64,000 bases of DNA from an uncultured Clostridia bacterium (GTDB lineage Bacteria > Bacillota > Clostridia > Oscillospirales > Acutalibacteraceae). Below, piece by piece: positions 58,309-64,000 of this stretch (its first letter is position 1; every line of letters starts with the position of its first letter). A program made the translations under genes and the position numbers. A model generated the notes under the pieces. It saw only the letters and a list, made by a program, of their open reading frames with translations, was not told where the DNA came from and ran no database searches. The DNA lies in NCBI GenBank assembly GCA_944384835.1, contig CALWUU010000043.1, positions 50,004-114,003 of the forward strand, written 5' to 3'.

Positions 58309-59187
58309 TTGAAAGTAAGAAAGGCTGTTATCCCTGCTGCAGGGCTGGGAACACGCGTACTGCCCGCTACAAAGGCAATGCCGAAAGAAATGCTGACTAT
58401 TGTAGATAAACCGGCAATTCAATATATCGTTGAGGAAGCGGTAAAGTCCGGAATTACAGACATTTTGATTATTACAAACAGAGGCAAAGAGGTAATTGAG
58501 GATCATTTTGACCGTGTGCCGGAATTGGAAGAACGTCTTTTGGCCGGAGGAGATTCCAAGAAAGCCATGTTCGATGAAGTAGTGGACATTTCCCGCTTGG
58601 CTAATATTTATTTTATTCGCCAAAAAGAAACAAAAGGACTTGGCCATGCAGTAAACTGTGCCCGTTCTTTCGTAGGCAACGAGCCTTTTGCCGTTTTGTA
58701 CGGAGACGATGTTATTATTGGAGAGGATCCCGCTTGCGGACAGCTCATTCGTGCATATGAAGAATTCGGTCGCGGCGTATTGGGTGTAAATCAAGTATCT
58801 GCAGAAGCCATCACCAAGTACAGCTCTTTAAAAGTAGATCCAATTCGCGATAACTACTTTCTATGCACTGACATGATAGAAAAACCTACCCCTGACAAAA
58901 TCATGTCTTTATATTCCATTTTGGGCCGCTGCGTGCTTCCCCCTGAAATATTTGATATTTTAGACCAAACACAACCGGGCGCGGGAGGAGAAATCCAGTT
59001 GACAGACGCTATGTGCGAACTGGCACGCCGTGATGGTATGACAGCCGTGGAGTTTACAGGAAAGCGTTACGACATGGGCAATAAACTGGGAATTATGCAG
59101 GCAAATGTTGAGCTTGCTCTGAAGCACAAAGACATTGGTGCTGATTTCAAACAGTATTTACAGCAATTGGCTAAAACTCTTTCATAA
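58309..59187 (+). CDS. galU: UTP--glucose-1-phosphate uridylyltransferase
   Basis: ORF from 58300. A TTG at 58309 lies 9 nt after AAGGAG and gives MKVRKAVIPAAGLGTRVLPATKAMPKEML. VEKP-like IEKP is present. Confidence 0.93.
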   Translation: MKVRKAVIPAAGLGTRVLPATKAMPKEMLTIVDKPAIQYIVEEAVKSGITDILIITNRGKEVIEDHFDRVPELEERLLAGGDSKKAMFDEVVDISRLANIYFIRQKETKGLGHAVNCARSFVGNEPFAVLYGDDVIIGEDPACGQLIRAYEEFGRGVLGVNQVSAEAITKYSSLKVDPIRDNYFLCTDMIEKPTPDKIMSLYSILGRCVLPPEIFDILDQTQPGAGGEIQLTDAMCELARRDGMTAVEFTGKRYDMGNKLGIMQANVELALKHKDIGADFKQYLQQLAKTLS

Positions 59188-59191
59188 AAGA

Positions 59192-59238
59192 TTGACAACG
59201 CAGTGATGGATATGATATAATCACTGCGTTATTCTTTT
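59192..59238 (+). promoter_or_regulatory. rpsF promoter interleaved with the galU terminator hairpin
   Basis: TTGACA (59192-59197), an 18-nt spacer, then TATAAT (59216-59221). The stem aacgcagtgat (59198-59208) pairs with atcactgcgtt (59220-59230) and is followed by ATTCTTTT. Confidence 0.55.
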
Positions 59239-59311
59239 ATATATTGTAAAAAATAACAATCCTTACTCTGCCGTTAAGCAGGGTCTAAAGTCCAAAAGGA
59301 GGTGCAATACA

Positions 59312-59662
59312 ATGCCAAATCTAACAAATTCTTATGAAACTGTCATTATCCTATCCAACAATTTGGGTGATGACGCAATTGCTGCAACAATTGAAAAGTT
59401 TAAAAAGTTAATTGCAGACAATGGTGAAGTAGAATCTGTTGAGGATTGGGGTAAACGCAAGTTTGCTTACCCAATTCAAAAACAAAATGAAGGTCACTAT
59501 ACACTGATTAACTTTAAAAGCTCCCCTGAATTTACAGCTGAGCTTGACAGAATTTACAATATTACTGACGGAGTACTTCGTTCTCTTATTGTGAAAAAAG
59601 AGATAAAACCTGCTAAAGCAAAAAAGGCTCCAAAACAATTTGAAGCTGCTAAAGCAGAATAA
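59312..59662 (+). CDS. rpsF: 30S ribosomal protein S6
   Basis: 116 aa. Contains YETVIIL and WGKRKFAYPI......G.Y. Confidence 0.96.
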   Translation: MPNLTNSYETVIILSNNLGDDAIAATIEKFKKLIADNGEVESVEDWGKRKFAYPIQKQNEGHYTLINFKSSPEFTAELDRIYNITDGVLRSLIVKKEIKPAKAKKAPKQFEAAKAE

Positions 59663-59687
59663 TTGCTGAGGAGGAAAGTGATTCATT

Positions 59688-60155
59688 ATGTTAAACGTTG
59701 CAATATTAATGGGCCGTTTAGTTGCTGACCCTGAAATTCGCCATACACCAAACGACATTGCGGTAACAAGCTTTACCATTGCAGTTGACCGTTCTTATGT
59801 AAAATCCGGCGCGGAACGTCAAGCGGATTTTATTGATATTGTTGCATGGCGCTCAACTGCAGAATTTGTATGTAAATATTTCCGCAAGGGTCAAATGATT
59901 GCTGTTCAAGGATCGATTCAAACCAGATCTTATACAGATAAAGACGGCAATAAACGGAAAGCCTTTGAAATTGTAGCGGATAATGTACACTTTGCTGATT
60001 CTAAACGTGATAATTCCGCTCCTGCAATGGGCGGCGGTATGTATCAGCAGCCTGCAGCACGTCCTGATGTAACAAGTGCTCCTGCACCGGCTTATACAAG
60101 CGGTGATACCGGAGACTTTGAAGAAATTTTGAATGACGATGATTTGCCATTCTAA
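59688..60155 (+). CDS. ssb: Single-stranded DNA-binding protein
   Basis: 155 aa. Has an OB fold (MLNVAILMGRLVADPEIRHT), a Gly/Pro-rich linker and the acidic tip DDDLPF. Confidence 0.96.
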   Translation: MLNVAILMGRLVADPEIRHTPNDIAVTSFTIAVDRSYVKSGAERQADFIDIVAWRSTAEFVCKYFRKGQMIAVQGSIQTRSYTDKDGNKRKAFEIVADNVHFADSKRDNSAPAMGGGMYQQPAARPDVTSAPAPAYTSGDTGDFEEILNDDDLPF

Positions 60156-60197
60156 ATTCTAAAATTCTGAAAATCAAATGTAAAAGGAGGCTTTACC

Positions 60198-60461
60198 ATG
60201 TCTGAGAAAAATGAAAGACCAGAAAGAGACAACCGTCGCGGCGGCGCACGTAAAGGCCGTAAAAAAGTTTGCAGCTTCTGTGTTGATAAAGTAGATTCCA
60301 TCGATTACAAAGATGTTGCAAAACTTCGTCGTTTTATCTCTGAGAGAGCAAAAATTCTACCTCGCAGAGTGACAGGCACATGCGCACATCACCAACGCGA
60401 GTTGACAGTTGCTATCAAACGCGCACGTATCATTTCATTGCTTCCATTCAGCAGTGACTGA
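60198..60461 (+). CDS. rpsR: 30S ribosomal protein S18
   Basis: 87 aa. Contains KKVC.FC, IDYKD...[27 protein letters not shown]. Confidence 0.96.
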   Translation: MSEKNERPERDNRRGGARKGRKKVCSFCVDKVDSIDYKDVAKLRRFISERAKILPRRVTGTCAHHQRELTVAIKRARIISLLPFSSD

Positions 60462-60477
60462 TTATAAAATAGAAACA

Positions 60478-60518
60478 TAGATCAATACAGTTGATACTGT
60501 ATTGATCTTTTTGTTTTT
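60478..60518 (+). terminator. Terminator after rpsR
   Basis: agatcaatacag and ctgtattgatct form a 12-bp stem around a short loop, followed by TTTTGTTTTTT. Confidence 0.8.
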
Positions 60519-60572
60519 TACAACTAATTGTAGTATAATAACTTACAACAGAAACCATAAGGAGGTTATCAG

Positions 60573-61364
60573 TTGCGTATTGACTTTCATACTCATGTTT
60601 TTCCGGACAAATTAGCAGAAAAAGCACTTACATCCATATCTGAACACACAGGAGCCCCCTACTTTACCAACGGAACCATTGCCGATACAGATGAGAAATT
60701 TAAAGAATGGAATGTAGATGTTTCTGTTGCACTGCACATTGCAACCAATCCAAAACAACAACACAATGTAAATACCTGGGCAGCCGAAATTCAAACAGAA
60801 AAACGTTTTTGTTTTGGTTCTGTGCATCCGGATGCAGCGGATGCTTTAACTGAACTGGAAAGAATCAAAAATCTAGGATTATACGGTGTAAAGCTTCATC
60901 CTTATTTCCAATCATTCAATATTGACGATCAAAAGATGTTCCCCATCTATGACTATATTTCTTTTCTGAAACTTCCGCTTCTCTTACATGTTGGATTTGA
61001 TCCTTCGTATCCCGGAGCTACACAAGGCGTTCCACAGCGTTTAATTACAGTATTGGAACAATTTCCCCATTTAACGATAATTGCAGCTCATATGGGCGGT
61101 TTAGGCTGTTATCAAGAGACACAAACATACCTTTTGGGAAAACCGATTTATCTCGACACAGCAATTGCATCTCAATTCTTAACTCCTGAACTGTTTGGTC
61201 ATATGGTATCAAAACACGATTCACAGCGTATTTTATTCGGCAGTGACTGTCCTTGGAGCCCTTCTGCCGCCGAAGCTCAAATGATAGAACAAAGTAATCT
61301 TTCCTCGGAACAACGGGAAAAAATCTTTTATCAAAATGCGCAGAGATTACTGCACATAACATAA
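60573..61364 (+). CDS. Amidohydrolase_2 / TIM-barrel metal-dependent hydrolase family protein
   Basis: 263 aa. TTG start after AAGGAGG. Contains IDFHTHVFP, HP, AHMGG and FGSDCPW. Confidence 0.8.
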   Translation: MRIDFHTHVFPDKLAEKALTSISEHTGAPYFTNGTIADTDEKFKEWNVDVSVALHIATNPKQQHNVNTWAAEIQTEKRFCFGSVHPDAADALTELERIKNLGLYGVKLHPYFQSFNIDDQKMFPIYDYISFLKLPLLLHVGFDPSYPGATQGVPQRLITVLEQFPHLTIIAAHMGGLGCYQETQTYLLGKPIYLDTAIASQFLTPELFGHMVSKHDSQRILFGSDCPWSPSAAEAQMIEQSNLSSEQREKIFYQNAQRLLHIT

Positions 61365-62117
61365 AAAACAGGCAAACCATAAACAAGATAAAGTGATAAT
61401 ATTGTCGGAACAGTCTTTCATTGTGGTTATTACTCCTTCTATAAAAACGTACTGAAAAATATTGTAATCATCACTTCTTTTTTGTTAGCAGGCGGGGTCA
61501 CAGTTTCTGATTTTGCGGACTGTTCCCTTCATAAGGAAACACTTTTGCGACGCCACAAACCATGGATACTTTATAAAGATAACTCTGATGTTATCATCAA
61601 CTATTTCATTCACATATATATCAACGAATTATTTTCCGAAAGAAAGGATGGCTAATGATAAAGGAATGAATATCAATGCTGTATTTAAACCTTTCAGATA
61701 GAGTAGAATGGACCAAGTCATAGTAACGAATATTGCTGAGAAATTAGATTGTTTTGTACAGCTAATTTATAGCTGCTGCAACAATATGTGATGAATTGCA
61801 AGTGAAACAGAAAACAGGGTTAGTTTTTTTTACAAAATTACACACGCACATACTGGTAAAAATGATTGATTCCGAGATGAAGGATACGTATATTTGCATC
61901 TTACCAAAGCAGAACTGCACACAGTAAAGATATCCATTCTGCAAACAAGAGAAATCATTGCTGCGTTAGATAATTTGTGCAACCGGGAAGCAAATACTAA
62001 AACACCGGAAATCCCATAAAAAAATATATGCACAACAAAAAATTATTTACAAAGCATTTTTAATACAGGTCTTAACTATGAGATATCATGAGCAGAAATC
62101 ATAGAAAGGAATTGACT

Positions 62118-62645
62118 ATGGAAAAAGGAATCATTATTTATCAATCGAAATACGGAGCAACAAAAAAGTATGCTCAATGGCTTCAAGATATGACAGGATT
62201 TGACTGCACGGAAACACAGAAAGCAACCGTCAATGATATCATGCCTTATGAAATAATCGTATTATGTGGTGGTATTTATGCTTCCGGAATAGCTGGACTA
62301 TCATTCTTAAAAAAGAATATCAGCCGATTTAAAAATAAGAAAATAGTCATATTATGTGTGGGTGCTTCCCCCTATGATGAAAGCGCACTTGAAAAAATCA
62401 AAGCACACAATCTTACAGATAAGTTAAATGAAATTCCACTTTTCTATGGAAGAGGTGCATGGGATGAAAGCAAAATGGAATTTATGGATAGGACTTTATG
62501 CAAAATATTACAAAAATCCGTATCTAAAAAAGATCCCACAACATATGAGCCTTGGATGAAAGCGCTTATGTGCGCGATGGGACAAAAATGTGATTGGACG
62601 GATAAGAAATATTTGCTTCCGCTATTAAATTATTTGAAGAGTTAA
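62118..62645 (+). CDS. Flavodoxin-domain protein
   Basis: ORF 62088-62645. Start placed at ATG 62118 (MEKGIIIYQSKYGATKKYAQWL), which resembles a flavodoxin FMN-binding N-terminus. Confidence 0.75.
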   Translation: MEKGIIIYQSKYGATKKYAQWLQDMTGFDCTETQKATVNDIMPYEIIVLCGGIYASGIAGLSFLKKNISRFKNKKIVILCVGASPYDESALEKIKAHNLTDKLNEIPLFYGRGAWDESKMEFMDRTLCKILQKSVSKKDPTTYEPWMKALMCAMGQKCDWTDKKYLLPLLNYLKS

Positions 62646-62973
62646 ATTTATTTCAAAAATAACAAAAGCAAGGTGCTAATGTGAATAAATCAAAATAAAT
62701 TTTCTGTCTGGTATGCAGAAATGAAACCAGATGAAACATATGGGAAGATACAAAGTTCAAACAACTTCCCCCTATATTATCCAAATGATTCACAGGAAGC
62801 TTTAACCAATGCAGCAGAAATGCATATCTCCATTGTCAAAGAGCATGACCCACAGATACAGATCCGATAACACGCAGATAGAATACGGTTATCCCTTTTT
62901 GATATTGCCTCATTCCAAATATAGAAATCCGCCGTATCGTCAAAGTTTGAATCTGTTAAGAAAATAGCAAATC

Positions 62974-63011
62974 AAAAAATGCGCAAGCGGACAATCCGCT
63001 TGCGCATTTTA
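62974..63011. terminator. Strong bidirectional hairpin
   Basis: atgcgcaagcgga (62979-62991) pairs with tccgcttgcgcat (62995-63007), flanked by A6 and T4. Confidence 0.7.
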
Positions 63012-63235
63012 GCCATCGTTGTATCTTGTATTTTTTAGTATGAAAAAGCCTTGATTTATGCGATTTTGCGTACACAAAAATGAAAGGATAATTTACATTC
63101 AATCTCTCAAAACCAGTGTTTTATTGCGTAATAAAACGGATATACCGCATTTACGACATATCCGCTTTCAATCCTGTCTGTCAGCCGTTAATAATTACTT
63201 GTCCTTCTTTGTCTTGTATATAATTTACCTGTTTT

Positions 63236-64000
63236 TTATAAACCGGAGCTAACAATCAATACAATATGCGCCCCGTATTGCAGTTCGTTTCCGGCTTGTT
63301 GATCTTGATAACCAATGACATAACCTGCCTCTAAACTATCCGATTGATAAACATAAGAAACCTCAAAGCCTTGCTCCCTTAATTGTTTTTCTGCTTGTTC
63401 ATAAGACATTCCCGCCACATTCGGCAGTATGCGTTTATAGGGCCCCTGACTTATTTCAACTAAAATCGTTCCGCCTTTTATCATGCTCTCTCCTGCTTTT
63501 GGGGTTTGAGAAATAATATAACCTTCAGGAATTTGGTCACTAAACACATAGCGAGATGAGAGTACTTCGTAATCCAATACTTGTTGTGCAGAGCTTGCTC
63601 TTACAACAGAATAATTCTGTCCTACCAGATTAGGAGCAGTCATTACTACTTCTGAAATTTCTGAAGTTTGAGACGAAAACACTCTTTCTTGAGAAATGTG
63701 ACTTTCTGCTTCTACACTGGAGGTTAGTATAAATTCTTCGCTTGATTGATTAAAAGATTCCCCGCCATTAAAATTAAAGAGGAAAAAAATAACCATTGCG
63801 GCTGCCAGCACTACTATGGCAGAAATTAGAATCCATACCCATGCAGGTAAAAGATGTTTTTCTTTTGGTTCTTTTATATGCTCTGATGCTTTGATTTTTC
63901 TTAATTCATCTTCTGTCAGCTTTGGTATACTTTGCGTTTCTTCAATTACTGCTGTAATGGTGGGAGACGCTGATAATTCTGCCCTCAGACGCTCAAATGT
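63236..64000 (-). CDS. prkC: PASTA-domain Ser/Thr kinase (PrkC/Stk1-like); C-terminal part only, 5' end outside the window
   Basis: The frame stays open from 63236 to the window end. It encodes a juxtamembrane segment, a TM helix (WVWILISAIVVLAAAMVIFF) and two PASTA repeats (APNLVGQNY..., LPNVAGMSYEQAEKQLREQGF...). Confidence 0.85.
   Translation of the reverse strand, partial: TFERLRAELSASPTITAVIEETQSIPKLTEDELRKIKASEHIKEPKEKHLLPAWVWILISAIVVLAAAMVIFFLFNFNGGESFNQSSEEFILTSSVEAESHISQERVFSSQTSEISEVVMTAPNLVGQNYSVVRASSAQQVLDYEVLSSRYVFSDQIPEGYIISQTPKAGESMIKGGTILVEISQGPYKRILPNVAGMSYEQAEKQLREQGFEVSYVYQSDSLEAGYVIGYQDQQAGNELQYGAHIVLIVSSGL

Noticed and set aside
1-64000. Scanned for CRISPR arrays, rRNA genes, IS elements, transposases, integrases and prophage genes.
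   Set aside because: I recognised no regularly spaced direct repeats, no rRNA-like sequence, and no transposase- or integrase-like ORF in any frame of the ORF track.

Overview
This is a low-GC Firmicutes (Clostridia-like, spore-former) chromosomal segment, almost all transcribed on the minus strand. The core genes are dense and syntenic:
- uvrBA with a Cheo/LexA box, then radC.
- A his operon, hisZGDCBAIE, with no hisH or hisF.
- polC-ispG-rseP-dxr-cdsA-uppS-frr-pyrH, then hpf.
- The yabM-mazG-yabO-yabP-yabQ-divIC-yabR sporulation/division block, plus hup.
- hemZ, relA, recJ, typA and tRNA-Gly(GCC).
- dnaD/dnaI-like genes, prfB, galU, rpsF-ssb-rpsR, and the 3' part of a PASTA Ser/Thr kinase gene.

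The one clearly accessory locus is an AT-rich agr-type quorum-sensing island at 50.2-55.6 kb. Its layout is unusual: two adjacent LytTR regulators, two adjacent AgrC-like kinases, two 49-codon AgrD-like ORFs that are absent from the ORF track, and a single AgrB. The propeptide genes lie upstream of agrB. The second propeptide has its cysteine shifted five residues away from the canonical ring position.

Other observations:
- A structured intergenic module of about 105 nt occurs twice, once with a tandem partial copy.
- It carries a promoter with an AAATTGC-N3-GCAATTT palindrome that recurs at a third promoter.
- An MBL hydrolase gene is broken only by two in-frame stops.
- A 620-bp ORF-free convergent spacer contains a perfect 30-bp palindrome.
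- An orphan fumarate-hydratase alpha subunit sits in an operon with an amidohydrolase.
- Degenerate DNA surrounds a flavodoxin gene.

I saw no CRISPR array, transposase, integrase or rRNA.
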